Shown here in pieces: positions 9,986-18,800 of a stretch of DNA of 64,000 nucleotides (position 1 is the first letter of the stretch; every line of letters starts with the position of its first letter). A program made the position numbers and the translations under genes. The stretch is from Nitrospirota bacterium (GTDB lineage Bacteria > Nitrospirota > UBA9217). Where the stretch lies: NCBI GenBank assembly GCA_963796285.1, contig CAWCKW010000012.1, positions 736,001 to 800,000 of the forward strand. The letters are read 5' to 3'. A model generated the notes under the pieces. It saw only the letters and a list, made by a program, of their open reading frames with translations. It had not been told where the DNA came from and made no database searches.

Positions 9986-12900
9986 ATGCCGAAACGGACA
10001 GACATTAAAAAGATCCTTATCATCGGTGCGGGGCCGATCGTGATCGGCCAGGCCTGCGAGTTCGACTACTCCGGTGTGCAGGCCTGCAAGGCGCTCAAGG
10101 AAGAAGGGTACGAGATCGTGCTCGTGAACTCGAACCCGGCAACGATCATGACAGACCCTGACATGGCTCACCGCACCTATATCGAACCGATCACGCCTGA
10201 GGTGGTCGCGAAGATCATTGAACGCGAGCGGCCCGACGCCCTGCTCCCGACCATGGGCGGCCAGACCGCGCTCAATACGGCGGTGTCCCTGGCCGAATCA
10301 GGGGCGCTCGAGAAATATCACGTCGAGCTTATCGGCGCAAAGCTGCCTGCCATCAAAAAAGCGGAAGACCGCGAACTGTTCAAGAAGGCGATGGAAAATA
10401 TCGGGCTCGAGGTGCCGAAGAGCGGGTTCGCAACGAGCAAGGAACAGGCCTATGAGATCCTCGAAAAGGTCGGATTTCCCGCCATCTTGCGGCCGGCGTT
10501 CACGCTCGGAGGCACGGGCGGCGGCATTGCGTACAACCGTGAGGAATTTACCGAACTGATCACGCGCGGCCTTGAAGCAAGCCCGGTCAAACAGGTGCTG
10601 GTCGAAGAATCGGTCATGGGGTGGAAAGAGTTCGAACTCGAGGTCATGCGCGACACCAAGGACAATGTGGTGATCGTCTGTTCTATCGAGAACCTGGACC
10701 CGATGGGGATCCACACCGGCGACAGCATCACGGTGGCGCCGGCGCAGACGCTCACTGATAAAGAGTATCAGCTCATGCGCGATGCTTCTCTCAAGATCAT
10801 CCGCGAGATCGGCGTGGACACCGGCGGGTCGAACATCCAGTTCGGGGTCAACCCCGTGGACGGCAGAATGGTCGTGATCGAGATGAACCCGCGTGTTTCA
10901 CGGAGCTCGGCGCTTGCTTCAAAGGCCACCGGCTTCGCCATCGCCAAGATCGCGGCAAGGCTCGCGGTAGGCTATACCCTTGACGAGATCACGAACGACA
11001 TCACAAAAGCCACACCGGCATCGTTCGAGCCGACCATCGACTATGTCGTAGTGAAGTTTCCGCGTTTTGCCTTTGAGAAGTTCCCCCAGGCTGATGCGAC
11101 GCTCACGACGCAGATGAAGTCCGTTGGGGAGGCCATGTCCATCGGCAGGACCTTCAAGGAATCGTTCCAAAAGGCGCTTCGCTCGCTCGAGATCGACCGC
11201 TACGGACTCGAGTCGCGCCGTGACCGTGACGGTGAGGAAGAACACGGGATCGCCGATATTCGCCAGAAGATCAGCGTGCCGAACTGGGAGCGGATATGGT
11301 ACATCGCAGACGGTTTCCGAGTCGGGATGACCGTGGACGAAGTATTCAGCCTTTCCAAGATCGACCCCTGGTTCCTGCATCAGATCAAGCAGATCACCGA
11401 TATGGAAAAAGAGATCCGTGACAATGGGGCACGCATAGTAAGCGATAAGGATCCTTCGATCGATCATCCTCTCAGGCGCGCGAAAGAATACGGTTTCTCG
11501 GACCGCAGGCTTGCCAAGCTTCTTACGACCACTGAAAGCGCCGTGAGAAAGTTGCGGATGGAGCTCGGCATTATCCCCGTGTTCAAGACCGTGGACACCT
11601 GCGCCGCCGAGTTTGAGGCGCATACGCCGTATCTGTATTCAACGTATGAGAAGCCGTTTTACAACCTTGGGAGCCAGGAGCCAGGAGCCAGGAGCCAGAA
11701 TGCGGAATGCGAGGCGAATCCGACGGGCCGCAAGAAGATCGTTATCCTCGGCGGGGGACCGAACAGGATCGGACAGGGCATCGAGTTCGACTACTGCTGT
11801 GTGCACGCGGCCTTCGCGCTCAAGGAAGACGAGTTCGAGACCATTATGGTGAATTGCAATCCCGAGACCGTGAGCACGGACTACGATACCGCGGACCGGC
11901 TTTATTTTGAGCCCTTGACACTCGAAGATGTTTTACATATTATACATCGCGAGAAGCCTGTTGGAGTGATCGTGCAGTTTGGGGGCCAGACGCCGCTCAA
12001 GCTCGCGGTGCCGCTCGAGAAAGAGGGAGTGCGCATCCTCGGCACCTCACCCGACAGCATTGACCGCGCTGAGGACCGCAAACGGTTCAAGGACCTTATC
12101 GATAAGCTCGGTCTACTACAGGCCGAGAGCGGCACGGCCGTCTCCTGCGATGAAGCGGTGCATGCCGCTAATCGTATCGGATACCCCGTCATGGTGCGGC
12201 CGTCCTACGTGCTCGGCGGCAGGGCCATGGAGATCGTCTACGACGAAGAGAGCGTAAGAAATTACATGTCCCGCGCCGTGAAGGCATCCCCGGACCGTCC
12301 CGTTCTCGTTGACAAGTATCTGGAAGACGCTATCGAGATGGACGTTGATGCGATCTCCGACGGGACCACCGTGGTCGTCGCGGGCATCATGGAGCATATC
12401 GAGGAGGCGGGCGTACACTCAGGAGATTCTGCGTGTTCGCTTCCACCGTTCTCGCTCCCGCCGGACATCATCCGTGAGATCGACCGTCAAGCCCGGGTGC
12501 TTGCGCTCGAGCTCGGTGTGGTCGGCCTCATGAACATACAGTTCGCGGTTAAAGAGGGCAGGATCTACGTGCTCGAGGTGAACCCCCGGGCGTCGCGGAC
12601 AATACCATTCGTGAGCAAGGCCATCGGAGTGCCGCTTGCCAAACTTGCCGCAAGGGTCATGGCGGGCAAGACCCTCGTTGAACTCGGATTCACCAAAGAA
12701 GTGCAGATCAAACATATCGCGGTCAAGGAAGCGGTGTTCCCCTTTGCCAAGTTCCCCGGCGTGGACACACTGCTCGGCCCGGAGATGAAGTCCACCGGCG
12801 AGGTCATGGGTATTGACGCGGACTTTGGCATGTCCTTTGCCAAGTCCCAGATGGCGGCCGGGAACCCCCTGCCGATAACCGGCCGTGTGTTCCTGAGCGT

Positions 12901-13279
12901 AAAGGACCAGGACAAGTCCGGCGGACTGCTTGAGGCGGCGCAAGGACTACAGAATGCCGGGTTCTCCATTGTAGCGACAAGAGGAACGGCAGAGTATCTG
13001 AGGAAACAGGGCATTACGGTCGAAACAGTGAACAAGGTGGCGGAAGGCAGGCCGCATATCGTTGACCGTATTACGGACATGCAGATCGATCTGGTGATCA
13101 ACACGGTATCAGGCGCGGAGTCGCAAAAAGACTCTTACTCAATCCGGCGCACGACGCTCGTGAAGGGGGTCCCCTATTTCACCACGATATCTGCAGCGAA
13201 GGCCGCGGTCCGGGGTATTTCAGCGATCAAAACAAGACCTTTGCAGGTCAAGACCATTCAGGAGTATCATACGAAATGA
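9986..13279 (+). CDS. carB: Carbamoyl-phosphate synthase large subunit
   Basis: [30 protein letters not shown], duplicated ATP-grasp halves, C-terminal MGS-like domain; 1097 aa. Confidence 0.99.
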   Translation: MPKRTDIKKILIIGAGPIVIGQACEFDYSGVQACKALKEEGYEIVLVNSNPATIMTDPDMAHRTYIEPITPEVVAKIIERERPDALLPTMGGQTALNTAVSLAESGALEKYHVELIGAKLPAIKKAEDRELFKKAMENIGLEVPKSGFATSKEQAYEILEKVGFPAILRPAFTLGGTGGGIAYNREEFTELITRGLEASPVKQVLVEESVMGWKEFELEVMRDTKDNVVIVCSIENLDPMGIHTGDSITVAPAQTLTDKEYQLMRDASLKIIREIGVDTGGSNIQFGVNPVDGRMVVIEMNPRVSRSSALASKATGFAIAKIAARLAVGYTLDEITNDITKATPASFEPTIDYVVVKFPRFAFEKFPQADATLTTQMKSVGEAMSIGRTFKESFQKALRSLEIDRYGLESRRDRDGEEEHGIADIRQKISVPNWERIWYIADGFRVGMTVDEVFSLSKIDPWFLHQIKQITDMEKEIRDNGARIVSDKDPSIDHPLRRAKEYGFSDRRLAKLLTTTESAVRKLRMELGIIPVFKTVDTCAAEFEAHTPYLYSTYEKPFYNLGSQEPGARSQNAECEANPTGRKKIVILGGGPNRIGQGIEFDYCCVHAAFALKEDEFETIMVNCNPETVSTDYDTADRLYFEPLTLEDVLHIIHREKPVGVIVQFGGQTPLKLAVPLEKEGVRILGTSPDSIDRAEDRKRFKDLIDKLGLLQAESGTAVSCDEAVHAANRIGYPVMVRPSYVLGGRAMEIVYDEESVRNYMSRAVKASPDRPVLVDKYLEDAIEMDVDAISDGTTVVVAGIMEHIEEAGVHSGDSACSLPPFSLPPDIIREIDRQARVLALELGVVGLMNIQFAVKEGRIYVLEVNPRASRTIPFVSKAIGVPLAKLAARVMAGKTLVELGFTKEVQIKHIAVKEAVFPFAKFPGVDTLLGPEMKSTGEVMGIDADFGMSFAKSQMAAGNPLPITGRVFLSVKDQDKSGGLLEAAQGLQNAGFSIVATRGTAEYLRKQGITVETVNKVAEGRPHIVDRITDMQIDLVINTVSGAESQKDSYSIRRTTLVKGVPYFTTISAAKAAVRGISAIKTRPLQVKTIQEYHTK
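11670..11697 (+). repeat. (GGAGCCA)x4 tandem repeat inside carB
   Basis: Four perfect heptamers in the inter-domain linker ([10 protein letters not shown]). Confidence 0.9.
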
Positions 13280-13758
13280 CTCAGAAGATCCCCATGACCA
13301 AAGAGGGCTACGAGAAGCTTAAAAAGGAGCTTGACCGCATTCTCAAAGTCGAGCGTCCCAAGAACATCAGGGATATTGAGGAAGCACGCGGACACGGAGA
13401 CCTGTCGGAGAACGCCGAGTACCACGCAGCCAAGGAAAAGCAGGGTATGCTTGACGCCAAAAAGCGTGAGTTGCAGCACAAACTTGCGCATGCGCAGATC
13501 ATCGATATCTCGAAGCTTTCGAACGAGAAGGTGGTTTTCGGAGCGACGGTCACGCTTGCGGACACTGATTCCGGCGACACCAAGAAGTACATGCTGGTAG
13601 GGCAGGAAGAGGCTGATTTTAAAAAGGGCAAGATATCCATACAATCACCTGTCGGCAAGGCCCTGATCGGACATAAAGCGGGTGATGTCGTCTCTATCAA
13701 GACGCCGACAAAGACCGTTGAATATGAGATTCAGGAGATTGAGATAACCCTTGATTAA
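13276..13758 (+). CDS. greA: Transcription elongation factor GreA
   Basis: [32 protein letters not shown]; ATGA overlap with carB. Confidence 0.97.
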   Translation: MTQKIPMTKEGYEKLKKELDRILKVERPKNIRDIEEARGHGDLSENAEYHAAKEKQGMLDAKKRELQHKLAHAQIIDISKLSNEKVVFGATVTLADTDSGDTKKYMLVGQEEADFKKGKISIQSPVGKALIGHKAGDVVSIKTPTKTVEYEIQEIEITLD

Positions 13759-14566
13759 GCTGCACAAGGCAACGATACTTTCACACCGATCTGCGGGCAG
13801 GGGATATTACCGTCTCGTGTTGAAGGCCCCGGAGGCGGCGGTGAACGCGCTCCCGGGCCAATTCGTGATGCTTAGGGTGTCCGAGAACATGGACCCTCTC
13901 CTCGCTCGACCCTTCGGCATATCTTCCATTCCTTCAAAAGCATCCATCGAGATTCTCTACCGCGTCGTAGGCACTGGAACAGCGCTGCTTACCCAAAGGT
14001 CGGTCGGCCAGACGCTCTCACTGCTCGGGCCGCTTGGAAACGGGGTTCCCGATGCCGGATAAAACCGTCACGCCGGTTCTGGTTGCCGGTGGAAGCGGTT
14101 TTCCTCCGCTGCATTTTCTGTCCCTTCGCACTGGTACGCGGGCGCATTTTTTCGTCGGGGCACGGAACAAAGAGTGTCTGCCGCCTATAAGTGTTTTAAA
14201 AAAGTCTCAGGGACCATGCGGTAAAGGTACATGTTGCGACAGAGGATGGGAGCTCAGGACAACAAGGGATGTCCACGGACATACTGAATTCCTTCCTGAC
14301 GCACGAAAGAGCAGAAGACCCATCTCGTGCTCTATGCCTGCGGTCCCCATGGCATGCTTGCCGAGGTGAGCAGGATCGCTGCGGAGCATTCGATCACCTG
14401 TTATGTCTCGACAGAGGAACGCATGGCCTGCGGACTTGGAGCATGTATGGGCTGCTCGGTCCCGATGAAGGCGGGCGGTTACAAACGCGCCTGCAAAGAG
14501 GGGCCCGTGTTTGATTCGCGGGAGATCGAGTGGGCGGAGCAGGTGATGGTGAAGTTGAGAAGGTAA
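13751..14566 (+). CDS. pyrK: Dihydroorotate dehydrogenase electron transfer subunit, three apparent +1 frameshifts
   Basis: PGQFVML, RPFGI, GPLGNG/F, VAGGSG, TEDGS, YACGP, EERMACGLGACMGC...CKEGPVF spread over four ORF pieces; extra bases near 14043, 14200 and 14306. Confidence 0.9.
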
Positions 14567-14670
14567 TCAGATTGCGGAAGTTGCGGAGTGAGGAGTAAAA
14601 TTGCAAATGACATCATGCGAAATACAAATATATAGATGCGGATTAAAAATGACCGAATGCGGAGCCAGAC

Positions 14671-15633
14671 ATGATCGGTAAACAATCCGCAATCCGCAAT
14701 CCGCAATCCGCAATCGGCCCCACCGACCTTTCTATCGACTTCGCCGGGATCAAGCTCAAGAACCCGGTGCTGACCGCATCAGGCACGTTCGGATACGGTG
14801 AAGAGTTTGCGGATTTTGTGGATTTGAACAAGCTCGGCGGCGTGATCGTGAAGGGTGTATCGCTCAAACCGATCAAGGGCAACCCTCCGCCACGCATCTG
14901 GGAGACGCCTTCGGGCATGCTGAACGCAATCGGGCTTGAGAACCCGGGCGTTGATGTGTTCATCAACCAGAAACTCCCCTACCTGAGGCAGTTCGACACC
15001 GCGGTGATCGTGAACGTTTTCGGGTACAGCCTGGAAGAGTACGTCGGCGTTGTGGAGCGGCTTGACAATGTTTCCGGCGTATCGGGCATTGAAGTGAACA
15101 TCTCGTGCCCGAATGTGAAAGCCGGCGGGATTGTATTCGGCACGAACGTCAAGGCGGCCTTCGAACTCCTCTCCGCTGTCCGAAAGGCAACGAAACTGCC
15201 GGTCATCGCGAAGCTTTCGCCGAACGTGACCGATATCACCGAATTTGCCCGGATCGCACGCGAGGCTGGCTGTGACGGCCTTTCGCTCATCAATACGCTC
15301 CTCGGCATGGCCATCGACGTGCGCTGCCGTAAGCCGCGGCTCGCGAACTGTACCGGCGGCCTGTCCGGTCCGGCCATCCGGCCCGTGGCTGTGCGCATGG
15401 TATGGCAAGTGGCGAAGGCGGTTCCGCTTCCGATCATCGGCATGGGCGGAATAGTTACTGGCGAGGATGCGCTTGAATTCATTCTGGCAGGAGCTTCAGC
15501 GGTGGCAATCGGGACAGCGAATTTCATCAATCCACGGGCCACGCTTGACGTGATCGAAGGGATCGAGGTTCTCATGCGTGAGCAGGGCGTCGGCGATATA
15601 AAGAGCCTTATCGGAAAGGTGAGTGTCGGGTGA
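14671..15633 (+). CDS. pyrD: Dihydroorotate dehydrogenase (class 1B) catalytic subunit
   Basis: LKNPVLTASGTFGYG, MLNAIGLENPG, NISCPNV, KLSPNV, GGLSGPAIRP; the N-terminus carries AATCCGC repeats. Confidence 0.97.
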   Translation: MIGKQSAIRNPQSAIGPTDLSIDFAGIKLKNPVLTASGTFGYGEEFADFVDLNKLGGVIVKGVSLKPIKGNPPPRIWETPSGMLNAIGLENPGVDVFINQKLPYLRQFDTAVIVNVFGYSLEEYVGVVERLDNVSGVSGIEVNISCPNVKAGGIVFGTNVKAAFELLSAVRKATKLPVIAKLSPNVTDITEFARIAREAGCDGLSLINTLLGMAIDVRCRKPRLANCTGGLSGPAIRPVAVRMVWQVAKAVPLPIIGMGGIVTGEDALEFILAGASAVAIGTANFINPRATLDVIEGIEVLMREQGVGDIKSLIGKVSVG

Positions 15634-17108
15634 GGATCGTAACCAGCCTCAAGAGCAAGATCATCATTGCGGTCGCCGCCATCCTGGCGTTGACCATCGG
15701 CCTGGGTACGTGGATCAACATCGGCTTTCAGCGTTCGCAAATGGAGGATGCACTTGAAGACAACGTGCTCGTCATCTCGAACACCATTCAGCGCAGCCTT
15801 GAGAACGCCATGCTCGATGGAAAGAGTAAAGAGGTGCAGCACATCCTTAGTGCTGTTGGCACCTATCAGAACATCCGAGAAGTAAAGATCTTCAGCCCGA
15901 ACGGAGTTGTCCTGAAATCGTCAAATCGCAGTATGATCGGCAGGCAGATCGATCCTATCACGCAAAAATGGTTTCTCGCTGACAAGTTTAAGTCGCCGAT
16001 CAAGCGCCGTGAAGAGGGCATATTTTCGGTACTGTTCCCCATAGAGAACGATTCACGTTGTTATCACTGCCACGGTTCTCAGGCAAAACTGAACGGGGTG
16101 CTTGCCGTGGATATCTCCATGGTGCAGACGCAGGAAAAGGTGCGGAAACTCAGTAAAACCATGTCTCTCTGGGCCTTCGGGGTGACCGCGATCCTTGCCG
16201 TATCCCTGTCACTTGTTTTGACGCACCTTGTTTCCAACCCCATCCAGACACTGATCGGCACAATGGAGCGTGCTGAGCGCGGTCTGGAGGTCCGGGTGGA
16301 GGTGAAAAGCTTTGATGATATAGGACGACTTGGTGAGGCGTTCAACTCGCTCTTAACGAAACTTGAGAGCGCCCAACGACGGGTGGAGCAGTATCATTAT
16401 GAGCAAATGACGCGGGCCGACCGTCTTGCATCTATTGGCGAGATGGCAGCAGGGATCGCCCATGAGATCAAGAACCCCCTGGCCGGCATCGCGGGCGTGA
16501 TCCAGGTGCTCAGGAAAGAGCATGCCGTCGGCGACCAGAAACGGGTCATTCTGGATGAAGTGCTTGTACAGGTCGAGCGCATGGATAAAGCGGTGCGCAA
16601 CCTGCTCTCTTTTGCACGGCCGCCGGAGCCGAAGATGACTCTGGCAGATATCAACGAACTGATCAGCAGGCTGCTCAACTTCCTCGCGCCTCAGTTTGCC
16701 AGGAATTTAATTACAGTTGATCGGAAACTGACGGTAGGCCTTCCCTGGCTTACGCTCGATCCGGACCTGTTGCAACAAGCGCTGATCAATATCGCACTGA
16801 ACGCGATCCAGGCCATGCCGGATGGCGGTAAATTTATTGTGGAAACCCGGTCAGTCAAGCCGGACGGGAACAATTCCGGATCAATAGAGATCTTGTGCTC
16901 GGACACGGGGAAGGGTATTCCCCTGGAAAATCTGAGCACGATATTCAATCCATTTTATACGACGCGCCAGCAGGGCACCGGCCTGGGTTTGTCTATCACC
17001 CAGAGAATCATCGAGCAGCATGGCGGCGAAATTAACGTCGTAAGCTCTCCCGAAAAAGGGACGACCTTTACCCTGTCGTTCCCGTATCCACAGAGCGCCA
17101 ACGCATAA
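15630..17108 (+). CDS. Sensor histidine kinase (NtrB-like core, HAMP) with a periplasmic CxxCH haem-c motif
   Basis: Two TM segments, CYHCH in the periplasmic loop, MAAGIAHEIKNPL H-box, NAIQA, DTGKG, GTGLGL; GTGA overlap with pyrD. Confidence 0.92.
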   Translation: MRIVTSLKSKIIIAVAAILALTIGLGTWINIGFQRSQMEDALEDNVLVISNTIQRSLENAMLDGKSKEVQHILSAVGTYQNIREVKIFSPNGVVLKSSNRSMIGRQIDPITQKWFLADKFKSPIKRREEGIFSVLFPIENDSRCYHCHGSQAKLNGVLAVDISMVQTQEKVRKLSKTMSLWAFGVTAILAVSLSLVLTHLVSNPIQTLIGTMERAERGLEVRVEVKSFDDIGRLGEAFNSLLTKLESAQRRVEQYHYEQMTRADRLASIGEMAAGIAHEIKNPLAGIAGVIQVLRKEHAVGDQKRVILDEVLVQVERMDKAVRNLLSFARPPEPKMTLADINELISRLLNFLAPQFARNLITVDRKLTVGLPWLTLDPDLLQQALINIALNAIQAMPDGGKFIVETRSVKPDGNNSGSIEILCSDTGKGIPLENLSTIFNPFYTTRQQGTGLGLSITQRIIEQHGGEINVVSSPEKGTTFTLSFPYPQSANA

Positions 17109-17122
17109 AAGGAGCGCGATCA

Positions 17123-17521
17123 ATGCCATATAAGATCCTGATCATCGATGATGAAAAACTGATCAGGTGGGCACTCGAACAACATCTGGTGAAGCAGGGA
17201 TACCAGGTTGCGACAGCAGAATCCGCTGAGGAAGGGCTGGTACTGCTCACCGAAGACGCACCCGATCTGCTTCTTCTCGATAATTGTTTGCCGGATATGA
17301 CAGGTATTCAATTGCTCGAGAAACTCCATGATCGGGAAAAAAGGTTTAAGGTCATTATGATCACGGCATACGATATGGAGGAGACCGCGGTCAAGACCAT
17401 GAATTTAGGAGCTTACGAATATATCAGCAAGCCCTTCAACCTTGAAGAGCTCACTGCGCTGATAAAAAAAACGCTGGATACGGAACATCCCGGACCAGGT
17501 AGAAGAGATGGGGATTCATGA
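17123..17521 (+). CDS. Stand-alone response regulator receiver
   Basis: KILIIDDE, LLLD..LPDMTG, MITA, YISKPF; no output domain. Confidence 0.9.
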   Translation: MPYKILIIDDEKLIRWALEQHLVKQGYQVATAESAEEGLVLLTEDAPDLLLLDNCLPDMTGIQLLEKLHDREKRFKVIMITAYDMEETAVKTMNLGAYEYISKPFNLEELTALIKKTLDTEHPGPGRRDGDS

Positions 17522-17571
17522 AGAATGAGATCGGCGCATAGGCACTATACTCTTACCACTCCCTGATATCC

Positions 17572-17600
17572 TTGCTTTTTCCGCGGCAATAACATAGAAT
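17572..17600 (+). promoter_or_regulatory. sigma70-type promoter upstream of xerD
   Basis: TTGCTT-N17-TAGAAT. Confidence 0.6.
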
Positions 17601-17607
17601 CAAATTA

Positions 17608-17743
17608 TCGAGGGTTCTTTCAAACGTCCTTGTCTGATCGGGTTGTCGCAACCTTCAGTGTGTTTTTTATTGTTTTTACCGCGATGTGGACGAAGCTTGA
17701 AGCTTGCGGCGACAAAGACGAGGCAGTTGTAAGATCCTCTCGT
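17608..17743. repeat. ~135-nt imperfect hairpin, possibly a degenerate inverted REP doublet, in the xerD leader
   Basis: CGAGGGTTCTT/AAGATCCTCTCG, CCTTGTCT/AGACGAGG, TTGTCGC/GCGACAA and GCAACCTTCAG/TTGAAGCTTGC can all pair along one rod. Confidence 0.65.
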
Positions 17744-17771
17744 TAATCATTTTTCTACGCAGGCGCCAGTC

Positions 17772-18653
17772 ATGAAAAAAGAACTTCTGGAGAATTTCCT
17801 CAATTATGTTGCCGTCGAAAAGGGGCTTGCGCGGAATACCGTCGAGTCCTATGAGAGGGACCTACACAAGTACTTTTTCTTTATGAAGGCAAAGGAACCC
17901 GACGCGATCACCCGTTCCGATGTGGTCTCATTCATGACACATCTGACATCAGAAGGAATCTCCACCCCCTCGGCCGCCCGATGCCTGGCCGCAGTCAGAG
18001 GATTTCACAAATATCTGATGACCGACGAACACGCACACGACGACCCTACCGTGAATATCGATACGCCCCGAGGATGGAAACGCCTGCCCAAGACCCTTTC
18101 TCTTGCCGATGTGGACGCGCTTCTCAGACAACCGGACCCTGCCACTCTTATCGGGCTTCGCGACAAGGCCATGCTTGAACTGCTCTATGCCACCGGCCTT
18201 CGCGTGAGCGAACTGGTCGATCTCAAACTGAACGATGTCAACCTCGAACGGGGATACCTGGTTGTGATAGGTAAAGGGTCGAAGGAACGGGCCGTGCCCA
18301 TGGGTGAGATTGCCATGGCTGCGCTCTCCCGGTATCTCAGTGCAGGGCGTGCCGCTCTCTTGAAAGGCAGTGATTCCGACACCCTGTTTATCAGTTCGAG
18401 GCGCAGGGGTATAACCCGTCAGATGTTCTGGAAACGTATCAAGCACTATGCGGTAAAAACCGGAATCAGAAGAAACATCTCACCGCATACACTGCGCCAT
18501 TCCTTTGCAACGCATTTGCTTGATAACGGCGCCGACTTGCGGGCGGTACAGGCCATGCTTGGCCATTCGGATATTTCCACGACGCAGATCTATACGCAGG
18601 TTTCACGCGAACGGCTCAAGAAGGTGCATGAGAAATATCATCCGAGAGGGTAA
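17772..18653 (+). CDS. xerD: Site-specific tyrosine recombinase XerD
   Basis: RDKAMLELLYATGLRVSEL, GKGSKER, SPHTLRHSFATHLL, LGHSDISTTQIYT, HPRG end. Confidence 0.95.
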   Translation: MKKELLENFLNYVAVEKGLARNTVESYERDLHKYFFFMKAKEPDAITRSDVVSFMTHLTSEGISTPSAARCLAAVRGFHKYLMTDEHAHDDPTVNIDTPRGWKRLPKTLSLADVDALLRQPDPATLIGLRDKAMLELLYATGLRVSELVDLKLNDVNLERGYLVVIGKGSKERAVPMGEIAMAALSRYLSAGRAALLKGSDSDTLFISSRRRGITRQMFWKRIKHYAVKTGIRRNISPHTLRHSFATHLLDNGADLRAVQAMLGHSDISTTQIYTQVSRERLKKVHEKYHPRG

Positions 18654-18655
18654 AT

Positions 18656-18795
18656 GCATTGCGGAATTTGGATTGCGGATTGCGGAATGAAGAACAAGAA
18701 TGGAGCTTGCGTATTTCGGATTGTAGCATAAAGGATAAGCGGACACGTGATTCAAAGGGTTTCAATCCGCATTCCGCAATCTGAAATCCGCAATT
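18656..18795. repeat. ATTGCGG / AATCCGC heptamer-armed hairpin
   Basis: ATTGCGGAATTTGGATTGCGGATTGCGG ... AATCCGCATTCCGCAATCTGAAATCCGCAAT; the same units occur at 6611-6643 and 14570-14718. Confidence 0.85.
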
Positions 18796-18800
18796 GAACT

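Noticed and set aside
17772-18653. Tyrosine recombinase as the integrase of a mobile element
   Set aside because: Length and motifs match housekeeping XerD; no att sites or cargo genes
6611-18795. ATTGCGG repeat clusters as a CRISPR array
   Set aside because: Units are 7 nt and tandem, with no unique spacers and no cas genes
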